Under the pieces are notes generated by a model, which was not told the DNA's origin, ran no database searches, and worked only from the letters and a program-made list of their open reading frames with translations. Position numbers and translations under genes: made by a program. Shown piece after piece: positions 1-9,091 of a stretch of 58,427 nt of DNA (positions within the stretch are counted from its first letter, which is position 1; every line of letters begins with the position of its first letter). The stretch comes from an uncultured Acidobacteriaceae bacterium (GTDB lineage: Bacteria > Acidobacteriota > Terriglobia > Terriglobales > Acidobacteriaceae). The stretch is taken from NCBI GenBank assembly GCA_964246195.1, contig CAXTPY010000001.1, forward strand, positions 4,099 to 62,525, read 5' to 3'.

Positions 1-567
1 CACCGGATGGAGCCGTATAGCGTTCACCCAGTGCCAGGCGAGGACGTCGAAGAGAGTCTTCTCGTAAATTGGGAACCAGTTGTAGACAGTTCTCCGACTC
101 GTAGTGAGAGACCGGTTGACACTCCAAGGAGACGATCGAGCGCGGGTGGTTGATTCTTCCGCTCGAATGCCGATGCAGTTCACGATGATTCTGTGGGGCA
201 AGCTACGAATGAATTTTTCGATCGGACCCCGCCTCAGATCCGACGTGCATTGCCGAAATTGTGGCGAGGGGAACATACCGCGCCGTTCCACCATCTCTAA
301 GTAGGTTCGCTTTGGATTGCGGACCACTGTTAGGTCTAGGCCAAATTCGGCAGACCGCAATCTTGCCCAGTCTGCGGCTGAAATGGGCGATTTGTGTTCA
401 AACCCTGTGTCGGCCATCACGGCATAGGTAGGGCGTTCCGGAAATTTCTGACGCACCAAACCCAGCATTCTTGTCGAGTCTTTGCCGCCAGAGTGGTTCA
501 CTATGAATGCGACATCGCCACCGTGTTCTTGCGTCAGGCAACATACGTCTTCCATTTCGTTTGTCAT
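1..567 (-). CDS. PAPS reductase / PP-loop family protein (CysH/DndC-like); 3' part runs off the window
   Basis: Not in the ORF track. Manual translation from ATG 567 (AAGGAG RBS): MTNEMEDV...VNHSGGKDSTRML...ADTGFEH...RQCTSDLRRGPI...CIGIRAEESTTRA...NWFPIY. SGGKDS PP-loop, DTG and GIRxxES motifs; frame open to position 1. Confidence 0.88.
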   Translation of the reverse strand, partial: MTNEMEDVCCLTQEHGGDVAFIVNHSGGKDSTRMLGLVRQKFPERPTYAVMADTGFEHKSPISAADWARLRSAEFGLDLTVVRNPKRTYLEMVERRGMFPSPQFRQCTSDLRRGPIEKFIRSLPHRIIVNCIGIRAEESTTRARSSPWSVNRSLTTSRRTVYNWFPIYEKTLFDVLAWHWVNAIRLHPV

Positions 568-819
568 TTGCGAGCTCCTTCTCTCTTGTAAGTGCATTCC
601 AAACGCGGATCTTCATGCTGATCTGCCGATTCGCCGTACCAACTGCGCACACAAGGGGATAGTCAGGTTGTAAGTGACTCAACTCTCAACGCTTAGAAGG
701 CGAGCAATCTGTTCAAAGGGATGCATTGTCACGGCAATGGGACGTCAAACGCCGCGCATCAAACAGGTGTGGGGAAGGAGTTCGCTTGTGAGCGGGTGTT
801 GACCAATGGAGATAGAACA

Positions 820-1590
820 TTAGTCAGCAAAGAGCGCGCGGAAGGGCACAACTTCCGAGCCTTCAGCGACGAGAAGAGTGTTCGCATCGAGCAGGTCCCG
901 ACGAAAGGATTCGCAGAGAGCGATCCCGATTCGCTTCGCTACACCTGTCATTTCGAGAGCGAGCAAATACAGAATATTTCGATCGGAAGTGAGATAAAGC
1001 ACGACCTCCACAGTCTGGTCGCGGCCAAGTGTCTCCCGAATCTCCTTGTATCGAGCAGAGGCCTTGGCGGTTCGCTCATACTCGATCGCAAAGATTTGCA
1101 ATTCATTCTCAAACCAAATTTCCGCGATTGCGTCGTAGTCCTTCGCAACTCGACTCTCCAGAACCAAGTTTCGAGACGCTATTTCAAGTTCACCTTGCCA
1201 GGACCGAAGCATGCCTTGCCTCGCCAACGCCAGCCGTATATTGACCAGTTCCATGGCATGTGGAACTTGATTGGGGTGAATAATCCGTTCGGTTGTGGAG
1301 GGCAGGGAAAGGAGGTAGTAGCCTCTTGACTCAAGAACTCGCAGCCCGAGTGCCGTAATTGCGAAGATCGGTTGACCACGAAATCTGTCCTGTTTGAAGC
1401 GTTGGATCAGGTGGTGTTTCTCCAGCCGACTCACCCGCCAGTGAACTATCCTGCGCATTTTCTCGGTTTCATCCAAGATAAGAAGCTCGCATAGTTGGTC
1501 GAACGAAAGGGCTCGCGCATTTCTGACATGCAGCAGAACTGGTATATCGCGCTCATCGGAGATCGAGACATAGCCCTTGAAATATCTCAC
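820..1590 (-). CDS. Replication-relaxation (Replic_Relax-like) protein: wHTH plus PD-(D/E)xK-like domain
   Basis: N-terminal HTH-like region (LSFDQLCELL...RLEKHHLIQR), H-x-x-E segment (HAMELVNI), DYDA...FAIEYERTAK; downstream of virD4. Confidence 0.7.
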   Translation of the reverse strand: MRYFKGYVSISDERDIPVLLHVRNARALSFDQLCELLILDETEKMRRIVHWRVSRLEKHHLIQRFKQDRFRGQPIFAITALGLRVLESRGYYLLSLPSTTERIIHPNQVPHAMELVNIRLALARQGMLRSWQGELEIASRNLVLESRVAKDYDAIAEIWFENELQIFAIEYERTAKASARYKEIRETLGRDQTVEVVLYLTSDRNILYLLALEMTGVAKRIGIALCESFRRDLLDANTLLVAEGSEVVPFRALFAD

Positions 1591-2123
1591 CGCGGCGCTC
1601 CTCCGTCGCTATCGGTAAGCTGAAGGCGGGTGCATGTTGTATCGAGCTGCCACCTGCCCAATTCACCTAAGACCCATTCGCCCGCTGCCATCAACATCAT
1701 TGCCTCGTACCTTGGGCCGCGCAAACTGATAGAGATCGGCTGAACTCCAGACGACCGCCAACCTGGTTTGCAAAAATGGATTGCCCCATGTTCAGTGGAA
1801 TTGAGAGTGACGAGATACGTATCTGGAGACGCCTTGTTCACCAACCGCTCAAATAGGAGATGAAGTCTCCCCGCAACCAGGTTTGGCCCAGAACAAAGGA
1901 ATGTACATCCAATGGCACGCGCGAGGAACTCGGGATTGAATCCGCTCCTCCCGTTGAACCGGATATGGCCGGGGTAGATAGCGCTGTGATGGAGACGACG
2001 GCCGCACATGAGAGCAGCAGCATTGAAGTATGCAACACTTCGCCGAAAGCAGTAAGGGTCGGCGCTAACGGAGGAATGCATCGACCACCAGTTGGTTCCG
2101 AAGTTGACTACGCGAACATGCAT
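1587..2123 (-). CDS. Hypothetical protein (~178 aa), coupled to the Replic_Relax gene
   Basis: Probable ATG 2123 (MHVRVVNFGTNWW) with GAGGT RBS; 4-bp overlap with the downstream gene. Confidence 0.65.
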   Translation of the reverse strand: MHVRVVNFGTNWWSMHSSVSADPYCFRRSVAYFNAAALMCGRRLHHSAIYPGHIRFNGRSGFNPEFLARAIGCTFLCSGPNLVAGRLHLLFERLVNKASPDTYLVTLNSTEHGAIHFCKPGWRSSGVQPISISLRGPRYEAMMLMAAGEWVLGELGRWQLDTTCTRLQLTDSDGGAPR

Positions 2124-2782
2124 ACCTCGATCTCCGCTGTGAGGATGATGAGGAGGGAGCGCGTCTGGAGCATCCTCTCTGGTTCTTGAAGATAGTGGAG
2201 GAACCAAGAACGTTCAAAGACGAACTTCGGCAATGGCAGGCTGCGATCGTAAAAGTACGTCAGGAGCTTGTCGAGGTCCACCATAGCCCGTATGAAAGGG
2301 AGGTCGTTCGTGCATTTAGGGCCCAGCTTTCCTCGTAGATAAGCCTCCCAATCCTCTCCATTAGCGCTCCCTGCACAAGCTGCCTTATACACGCTCCAGA
2401 GCGCAAAGTAGGGATTTCTCTGCTTCAAATGATCCCGAATCTCCCGCACCCGTTCCTGGGGTGATGCGACCAAGACTGCATCAGTCTGAACCACTTTGGG
2501 ATGAACCTGGCTGAACAGAAACTCGGTAAGCGCAGCGTAGATGCGTTTATTCAAAGCGTCGAGGTGGGTTGTACGGTCAGGATCGTGCAACTTGTCGATG
2601 GATTCCAGTTCCTTGCTGAACTGTGAGGGAAAGGTCTCATTGCGGACTCTGTAGAAACTCTTGAACAACTCCGTGCGGCCCAAAGCGAGTGCATAGGACC
2701 GCCCGGCGGCGGGAATGTGCTCGCTTACATAGGAGAGCCATTCGTGATGGTTGGTGAAGTCAGAGGGTGTCTTATCGCTCAT
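2108..2782 (-). CDS. Hypothetical protein with an internal two-fold repeat
   Basis: Probable ATG 2782 (MSDKTP); packed in the operon; the two halves are similar (see findings). Confidence 0.7.
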   Translation of the reverse strand: MSDKTPSDFTNHHEWLSYVSEHIPAAGRSYALALGRTELFKSFYRVRNETFPSQFSKELESIDKLHDPDRTTHLDALNKRIYAALTEFLFSQVHPKVVQTDAVLVASPQERVREIRDHLKQRNPYFALWSVYKAACAGSANGEDWEAYLRGKLGPKCTNDLPFIRAMVDLDKLLTYFYDRSLPLPKFVFERSWFLHYLQEPERMLQTRSLLIILTAEIEVCMFA

Positions 2783-2792
2783 GAAAATCCTT

Positions 2793-3566
2793 CTAGGCGC
2801 CTTTGAGTGACGCATTGCGGCGCCGCTCCTGATCGAGCAGGAGGGTCGTCTGATTAAGACGCTGTTTAAGATTCTGTTCGCTGTTCTGCAGCGCTTCGAC
2901 TCGCCGCTGTAGCAGAATGCTCGCCTGTTGTGGATCCATTGGCAGACCGCCCACTGTCTCGTCAGGTCTGTCTATATTGAGACGTAGCTGGGTCGGATCT
3001 CCATTGAATCCCTTGTTTACCGACTTCGCAGTTACCTTCTGAACGTTCTTGTTCAAACTCCCGCTCCCTTCCTTCGCCGTTTCCGATGTTTGAGCTTTCA
3101 GCATCAACTTCCGCTCCACGTCACCATTGTGCGTCTCTACCAGACGATTGAACTGATCAGTGCGACGGGCGATTTCGATGCGGTCGCTCACTCTCCCGTT
3201 CCAGAGCTCGGCGATCAGGGCGGCAGCGATTACTTCCTTCTTGTCGGCGGAACGCCACTGCAATAAGACTGCGGCGACCGCCGTCGTCAGCAGAAGAAGT
3301 GTGACGACGTTGGACCAGAAGTACAAATCCTCAACGGTCTGCTCCACTATGGCGTCTCTTCCAGTCTGCATCGAGGAGCCATAATCATTGCCGTTCGCGT
3401 TAATCTTGTCGAGAACGTAGTCGAAGAAACCCCGTTTACTATGGGTTGGCTGTGCAGGGGATGCGGGCGGCTGGCTCTGAATCTGTCCAAAGCTGGTTGA
3501 TTCAAGAAGAAAAAGAATGAAGAAAAACGCCAGAAGTCGTAGCGCGAAGGGACGTTGCATGCTCAC
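2793..3566 (-). CDS. Hypothetical membrane protein with signal peptide, one TM segment and C-terminal coiled coil
   Basis: Hydrophobic N-terminus, TM (VVTLLLLTTAVAAVLL), heptad-like tail; overlaps the virD4 stop codon. Confidence 0.75.
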   Translation of the reverse strand: MSMQRPFALRLLAFFFILFLLESTSFGQIQSQPPASPAQPTHSKRGFFDYVLDKINANGNDYGSSMQTGRDAIVEQTVEDLYFWSNVVTLLLLTTAVAAVLLQWRSADKKEVIAAALIAELWNGRVSDRIEIARRTDQFNRLVETHNGDVERKLMLKAQTSETAKEGSGSLNKNVQKVTAKSVNKGFNGDPTQLRLNIDRPDETVGGLPMDPQQASILLQRRVEALQNSEQNLKQRLNQTTLLLDQERRRNASLKGA

Positions 3567-5356
3567 TCTCCAGAGGTAAAATCGAGCGACACGCCCGCTG
3601 TTCTTCTGCGGCGCTGTTTGCGGTTTTCGAGGTCTTTGAAACGCAGATTGACTCCAAGCTCAGGATCGATGTAACTGTGCATTTTCGGATATAGGCGCGG
3701 GGACAGACCTTCCAGACGGAAGCTTGGAGCGCGGCGAACATGGAGGTGTGCGTGGCGTGTACCCTCCCGGCTATCGACCATGAGGACCTCCATCTGGCCG
3801 ACTGGAAGGTTCTTGATGTGCTCCTCCCGAGCACGCGTCTCCTTCATTTCGCTTTCACTCCCCGTTCCGGTTTCGGTGTACTTGGCAGAGAAGATTCCTG
3901 TTCTGCGGACCGCCAGGTTGCGCCGTTTCGTCGCGACCTTGGCCGAAGCTTTCAGAAACCACTGTGCTGTGTTCTCCTCTGAAACATTCATGATCATTTT
4001 CGTTCCCGGCGCCGAAGATACCTCGTCCGAAAACGCCTGGCTGACTCTCTGTAATTGGGGGAGACTTTGGAACGAAAATAGAAACGACACTCTGGCGCCG
4101 CGGGCGGTCTGAAGGACCTGAGTAAATCCGGGATAGGCAAAGGGAGCGAACTCATCGAGGATGACGGAGAACAGTGGTTCGTCCGCATCTCTGTCGGCAG
4201 GGGACTGCGCGTATCGTTTGCCAACCATCAGTTGAATGTTCTGTAGCAGGATTTTCCCCAATGCTTCTACCGCACGTTGATTGCGGTTTGTGTTGAGTGA
4301 AACAAAGAGGATAAGGTCGTCCTCAAAGACTTCGTCAAGTGTCAGCAAATCCTGGTAGGAGCCGGTCACAATCGACAGCTCATCCTCAAGGAAGCTCAGC
4401 AATTCATTCAGGAGTCCTTGAATCTTTTCTACGCGCTCACGGTCGGCGAATGATCGCTGCAACATGCGCACAGACATTTCGAAGTTGAGCCGCCTTTGCA
4501 TCGAAATGTTCGGCAAAGTGATGAGTCGGGCCTTCGCAACCTCGATCTGCTCCTGGAGCACCTTTTCGTCGAGCGCCATTACGAGGACATCGTAGATATT
4601 GAAGAGCCTTCCCGTGTACTGCAAGATGCGAACGAGGTCAGAAAGATAGGCCTCCTGGTGGCCTTTGAAGAAATCCTCTCGCAGCCCGAACGATCGGAAG
4701 ATAAAGTTGACATGTTCCTGGTAGGCGTCGTCGAGTGCGTAAAAAGGGTTGTAGCGCACAGACTCAGATGGGTGTGTAGGATCGAGGACGCGGAGATCCT
4801 GAAGCCGGCCGGCCGCCTCGATATGTGGTAGCAGCCGGTCCAGGAACTCGCGCTCGCCTTTGCCGTCGAAGATGATCATCGGCATCTTCCGCGAACCAAA
4901 CCGCCGCTTCAGGTCCTGAGAGATGATGTTTTCGAGGAAGGTCGACTTACCGGCTCCGGTGCCGCCCACGATAACACCATGCTTCATTCTCACTGGGTCA
5001 GGCCACAACCAGGCTTCCTTGTGTACGTTGTAACCGAGCAACGTGGCGGCGTTCTGGTTGGCCTCAGCAGCGATCGACGCATCCTTTGATCCGGCAACGA
5101 AGAGCGGTGGATGCGGCCAGTTCGCCTCCCGCTTGGCCCTTCTGCCAACCAATTGCGCAACGACGAGACCACCTCCGAGGAACAGGATGGCGCAATACAT
5201 GAAGATCTCCGCGCATTGTTGGTTGCGGAGATGCAACCGAGAGACCGCGACATACCAAACGAATCCGATCACGGCACAACCCATCAACATGAAGACAGCT
5301 ACGAGGTCATGCGGTCCTTGCTGTTGAGGATGTGCCCGATCCGAATATGGGCTCAT
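3563..5356 (-). CDS. virD4: Type IV coupling protein (VirD4/TraD/TraG family)
   Basis: Two N-terminal TMs, Walker A GGTGAGKS, IFDGKG, RYNPF, Walker B VILDEFA, ARGARV and FQSLPQL motifs. Confidence 0.92.
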   Translation of the reverse strand: MSPYSDRAHPQQQGPHDLVAVFMLMGCAVIGFVWYVAVSRLHLRNQQCAEIFMYCAILFLGGGLVVAQLVGRRAKREANWPHPPLFVAGSKDASIAAEANQNAATLLGYNVHKEAWLWPDPVRMKHGVIVGGTGAGKSTFLENIISQDLKRRFGSRKMPMIIFDGKGEREFLDRLLPHIEAAGRLQDLRVLDPTHPSESVRYNPFYALDDAYQEHVNFIFRSFGLREDFFKGHQEAYLSDLVRILQYTGRLFNIYDVLVMALDEKVLQEQIEVAKARLITLPNISMQRRLNFEMSVRMLQRSFADRERVEKIQGLLNELLSFLEDELSIVTGSYQDLLTLDEVFEDDLILFVSLNTNRNQRAVEALGKILLQNIQLMVGKRYAQSPADRDADEPLFSVILDEFAPFAYPGFTQVLQTARGARVSFLFSFQSLPQLQRVSQAFSDEVSSAPGTKMIMNVSEENTAQWFLKASAKVATKRRNLAVRRTGIFSAKYTETGTGSESEMKETRAREEHIKNLPVGQMEVLMVDSREGTRHAHLHVRRAPSFRLEGLSPRLYPKMHSYIDPELGVNLRFKDLENRKQRRRRTAGVSLDFTSGE

Positions 5357-5589
5357 CGCGCTGCTCCCACAGTGAAGTAGAAGAACACCACCGTCATGGC
5401 AGCAATGAGAACCGAAATGAGGATCAAAAGAGGACTCGGCCTCCAGCGACCGCGTGCATCCAGAGGTTTCAGATCGTCGGACAGCGACCGAAGTAGTGCA
5501 TCCCGCAGATTCGATTCGGGGTCATTGCCGTAGAGAGACCGGAGCGCGATACGCACTTCATAGGACGAAACATGCCCTAGCGCGTCCAT
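5353..5589 (-). CDS. Small protein with C-terminal TM helix, coupled to virD4
   Basis: 78 aa, hydrophobic C-terminus, 4-bp overlap with the virD4 start. Confidence 0.65.
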   Translation of the reverse strand: MDALGHVSSYEVRIALRSLYGNDPESNLRDALLRSLSDDLKPLDARGRWRPSPLLILISVLIAAMTVVFFYFTVGAAR

Positions 5590-5591
5590 GA

Positions 5592-6437
5592 CTACAGAAC
5601 GGCCTCAACCGTGAGCGGCCGGTCCTGGGCAGTGCCGAAGTTCAATTGATAGATCTGAGGAGGATTCCCTTGTGAACACTCGATGCTGACCACACCTGTC
5701 GTCTTCTGGCCTGGTGGAAGATCATGGCCGAGGGAATCTGCCTGGACGACGGTCAAGGTTGATCCCGGCTTCGTCTTGAAGAAGCCGAAGGTCTGCGCAG
5801 AAAGCTGATGGTTACGCAAACCCAGCAGAGAGATCGGAAGTTGTGTCGGCAGCGGAGCCGAGACGTCGGGGGTTGTTAAGCGAAACGGAGCATTTGACTG
5901 GTTGCTGATGGAGTAGCGGATATAGAGCTGGTCCTTCGAACGATATACCTGCTCGATATCGACCTGTACCTGGCCAACCGTGTGCTTTCCAGGGTCATGC
6001 GCTATATCCTGGACTCCCATCATGGCCTGAGAGAGGACCAGCGATGCGATCTTATGAATCTCTGCGTCTGTGGGCTCGGTAGAAGCGTGCGCAGCCATGT
6101 GAGTATCGGCCGGAGGTTCGTTACGAATGAGCACATCCATAGTGGCGAGCTGACCTGCGGGATCAAGCTCGTAGCTGAGCTGCCGCGACGCTGTCCACAC
6201 GAAGAGGTTGGTTGAAACCTTCTCTCGGAGCGGCATGACGAAGATCTTATCGTCGTGACGCTCCACCTTGAAACTGTCCGGGTCGGCGACGGCGAGTGTC
6301 GTCACTGGCTCCCCAAATTGCAGAACGGTGAGGTGATTGAGCGATGTCTGAACGTGACAGATCTGGCTCAGATTGGTAGTCTGCGCCCCAGCAATCGCGA
6401 CCGCGAGAGCAAAGGGGATGATAATGAGCGTCTTCAT
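5592..6437 (-). CDS. VirB9/TrbG/TraK-like T4SS core protein (paralog 2)
   Basis: Signal peptide from ATG 6437 (GAGGAGG RBS); TVLQFGEPVTTLAVAD...KIFVMP...TNLFVWT resembles the VirB9 N-domain and the 21251-22213 protein. Confidence 0.7.
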   Translation of the reverse strand: MKTLIIIPFALAVAIAGAQTTNLSQICHVQTSLNHLTVLQFGEPVTTLAVADPDSFKVERHDDKIFVMPLREKVSTNLFVWTASRQLSYELDPAGQLATMDVLIRNEPPADTHMAAHASTEPTDAEIHKIASLVLSQAMMGVQDIAHDPGKHTVGQVQVDIEQVYRSKDQLYIRYSISNQSNAPFRLTTPDVSAPLPTQLPISLLGLRNHQLSAQTFGFFKTKPGSTLTVVQADSLGHDLPPGQKTTGVVSIECSQGNPPQIYQLNFGTAQDRPLTVEAVL

Positions 6438-6470
6438 AGCGGCCTCCTCGGGCGCATGATCCAAAATGGA

Positions 6471-6506
6471 AAGGAGAAGCCAAGCCAGAGGCTTTAGCTT
6501 CTCCTT
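6471..6506 (-). terminator. Intrinsic terminator-like hairpin after the polymerase-like gene
   Basis: AAGGAGAAGC-C-AAGCC-AGA-GGCTT-TA-GCTTCTCCTT stem-loop, followed on the minus strand by TCCATTTT. Confidence 0.55.
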
Positions 6507-6511
6507 GCCGG

Positions 6512-9091
6512 TTAAGAGTGTTCGAGTGATCCCGGAACACTCGTGTTTTCGAAGATGAGCGAACGCTTCCCCTTGTACTGAAAGAGAAAGACCTTCTTCT
6601 CGCCATCGGGGCCTTCTGGATTGACGATGCGTTCAACGAGCCAGGCGCGTTGCTCACTGTCAAACCAGACGTAACCGTTGATGACCCTTGGAAGGCGTAC
6701 TCGAACCCGCTGACCGCCGGTGACCTCTGCGAAGGTATCGACAACCTCTTGCGGAAACGATTGGAAGAGAACAGCGCCGGAACCTGTGCCACCAGTGACG
6801 ACAGTGTTCATAGCCTGTGCCCATGCCCGTCGATTCTCCTCCTTGCCTTGGGCCCAATAGTGCACGAACAGGTGGAGCGAATTGAACTGATCTTTCGCAT
6901 CTTGCTCGTGTTCCCAGAGCGCCGATTGTGCCTTGTTGCGCGCAATCACCGCGGACCGCTTTTGTTCCTTGTCCTCGCTCTTGCGCACGGCCTCCCATAG
7001 CGCCTGAGCGTTCTTCAGTTGCAGTTTGACCTCTTCCTCGCGCTGCACAATCCGGCTCGCAATATCTGCATAGATCGAATTGACCAGTTGGCACTCCTCG
7101 AACATCTCCTTCGTGACCGGTTCGCCAGAGAAGAGTCCGCGGAAGTCCTCGATCGACATCTTCTCTTCGAAGCTGCCGCCTAGTTCTCCAGGAAGAAAGC
7201 CAAGCTCCTTGCGTAGAACGTTGTAGAGCCTGCCAACCTTGTCTGTGTCCGCAACCTCAAGAAAGGCTGGTAGATCCGAGACCCTGCGCTCACGTTTATG
7301 CCTGAGCCAAGGGGCTTGTGCTACCTCTTTCCGGATTTCGCTGACCACAGATTCATCAATCCCGACCCGGTGTTTCAACGAGTCGAGTGCGTTTTGCAGT
7401 TGCTGGACGAGCTTGTAGGCCAGGTCTGGACGTCCCGCCGCAAGACACGAGGTCTTCAGATCGGTGATGGAACCGATACGATTCCCGCGTGCCTTCATCG
7501 CAACCAGGTACACATTCCACCAGGGAGATTTGGCCTTTTCGTGCTTCGTCTTTTCCTGCTGGAACTTCTCTCCGTACGCAACCCGTCCCGCAATAAACTT
7601 CGGGTACTGATCGGACGGCATCACGCAGATGGTGTCGAAGTCGAAGTCACCGCCATTCTTCTTCGCCGTCTCCGAATGAAGGATGTAAGTCCCCTCCATG
7701 CGAAGCTGACGCTCAAGAATGTAGGCCACGATCGTTTCGTCGAGGTCGGGCACACCTAACGCCTTTTTGAGCGCCGGGATGAGCTCGTCGTTGTTGACAT
7801 GACGGACAGGCAGCAGGTCCTCTTGCATCCGAATGGGATAACGGATGCAGAGGCCGTGTTCTGCCGTCAACGATGTAATGGAAGTGTCCTGAGGTATCCA
7901 GTCCGAGGCCGAGAGAACTTTCCCGCGGTACTCGATCAGGACGCCATCATCCGCGAGAGCGAAGGATGGCAACTTCAGATCACCACCAGTGCAGGTACGA
8001 AATGCCCAACGTGCCAACTTTCGGTTCAGCTGATTTGCAACGTAGGGAAATTTGATGCTGGTTCCACTACGGTCAGCCAGAAGTACAGCTTCCGCAGGCT
8101 CCCATCCTTCCGAAGCAGGATTATTTTCCTGGTCCAGAACGTCAGGGTCAAAGCTGGCATCTTCGTCGATCGTCGTAACCTCAGACTTGCCGATCACTTC
8201 GAACAACGATTCGTAGTCACTTTCGTCCCAGGCTTTCCTCACTTTGCGAATCCGCTCGATCGCTCGAAGCATGATCTCGAACTGAAGGGCCTCGTCCGAA
8301 GCGTGTTCGATCAAGGTGTAACTCGACCCGAACTCCGATACGCGGGACAACTCCTTGATCCCGAGAATCGCTGGACCAGAGAACATCCTGCCCGATGTGC
8401 CCAGTTGCGGAAGGAAACGAACTCCGCCCTTGAGAGAAGGCTTGCAGGCACTCTCCGGCAGAATGATGTCGACCTCGAGCTTGTCAGCTACGCGATCGCT
8501 CATTGCCTTCAACGCACCTTTTGCCTGCTTTGGTTCGCGCGCATCGAATGCCAGCCGAAACTGACAAAACCGATTTGTGCCGGTCTTCAGCTTCCGGTAA
8601 AGGGATTCACGCACCCAGCCTCGGCAATCGTTGGTGCCAAGGTCGTGATCCTTGACGACAACGATGTTAAGGTCGGGCTCCTCCACCATCAGCTTGCAGT
8701 CGGAGACGAGGATCGCGAAGTACACGATCGCTGCCTCGGGCCAATGCTGAAAGCGCTCAGCAATCTGCTTCGCATGCGCCTGATCGACGAAGTAAAACTT
8801 GCCATCCTTCGCCGAACCACTCGCACCCGCGAGCTTGTAGTCGACCCCACCGTATACGAGCTTCGCCATGCGGTTTTCGACCACAGACTGCTCGTACGGC
8901 GTCAACTCATGCGGTACACTGACACGTGCTACCTGGATGCCGGGATAGATCTGCGCGAGGAGCTTTCCCTCGAGCGTATCCTTGCGGCCCAGTTTGCTTT
9001 GCTTGCGAGTCACTTCTCCAGACGCATCGATCTTCAACTCTAGGATGAGCTGGTTATCGATGGCCGTGTTCTGTGTCCTATTCGCTGTCAT
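6512..9091 (-). CDS. Single-subunit two-barrel RNA polymerase homolog (cellular RdRP/QDE-1/YonO superfamily), ~859 aa, catalytic loop GGDFDFD
   Basis: ATG 9091 with GAGGAG RBS. Motifs in order: ASGSAKDGKFYF, GTNDCRGWV, CQFR...KGAL, IILPESACK, IRYP, NGGDFDFD (DFDFD at 7634-7648), IGSITD, QNALDSLK, APWL, VGRLYN. Confidence 0.8.
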   Translation of the reverse strand: MTANRTQNTAIDNQLILELKIDASGEVTRKQSKLGRKDTLEGKLLAQIYPGIQVARVSVPHELTPYEQSVVENRMAKLVYGGVDYKLAGASGSAKDGKFYFVDQAHAKQIAERFQHWPEAAIVYFAILVSDCKLMVEEPDLNIVVVKDHDLGTNDCRGWVRESLYRKLKTGTNRFCQFRLAFDAREPKQAKGALKAMSDRVADKLEVDIILPESACKPSLKGGVRFLPQLGTSGRMFSGPAILGIKELSRVSEFGSSYTLIEHASDEALQFEIMLRAIERIRKVRKAWDESDYESLFEVIGKSEVTTIDEDASFDPDVLDQENNPASEGWEPAEAVLLADRSGTSIKFPYVANQLNRKLARWAFRTCTGGDLKLPSFALADDGVLIEYRGKVLSASDWIPQDTSITSLTAEHGLCIRYPIRMQEDLLPVRHVNNDELIPALKKALGVPDLDETIVAYILERQLRMEGTYILHSETAKKNGGDFDFDTICVMPSDQYPKFIAGRVAYGEKFQQEKTKHEKAKSPWWNVYLVAMKARGNRIGSITDLKTSCLAAGRPDLAYKLVQQLQNALDSLKHRVGIDESVVSEIRKEVAQAPWLRHKRERRVSDLPAFLEVADTDKVGRLYNVLRKELGFLPGELGGSFEEKMSIEDFRGLFSGEPVTKEMFEECQLVNSIYADIASRIVQREEEVKLQLKNAQALWEAVRKSEDKEQKRSAVIARNKAQSALWEHEQDAKDQFNSLHLFVHYWAQGKEENRRAWAQAMNTVVTGGTGSGAVLFQSFPQEVVDTFAEVTGGQRVRVRLPRVINGYVWFDSEQRAWLVERIVNPEGPDGEKKVFLFQYKGKRSLIFENTSVPGSLEHS

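Noticed and set aside
7799-9043. 414-aa plus-strand ORF
   Set aside because: Antisense shadow of the polymerase-like gene; no motifs; expected in GC-rich DNA.
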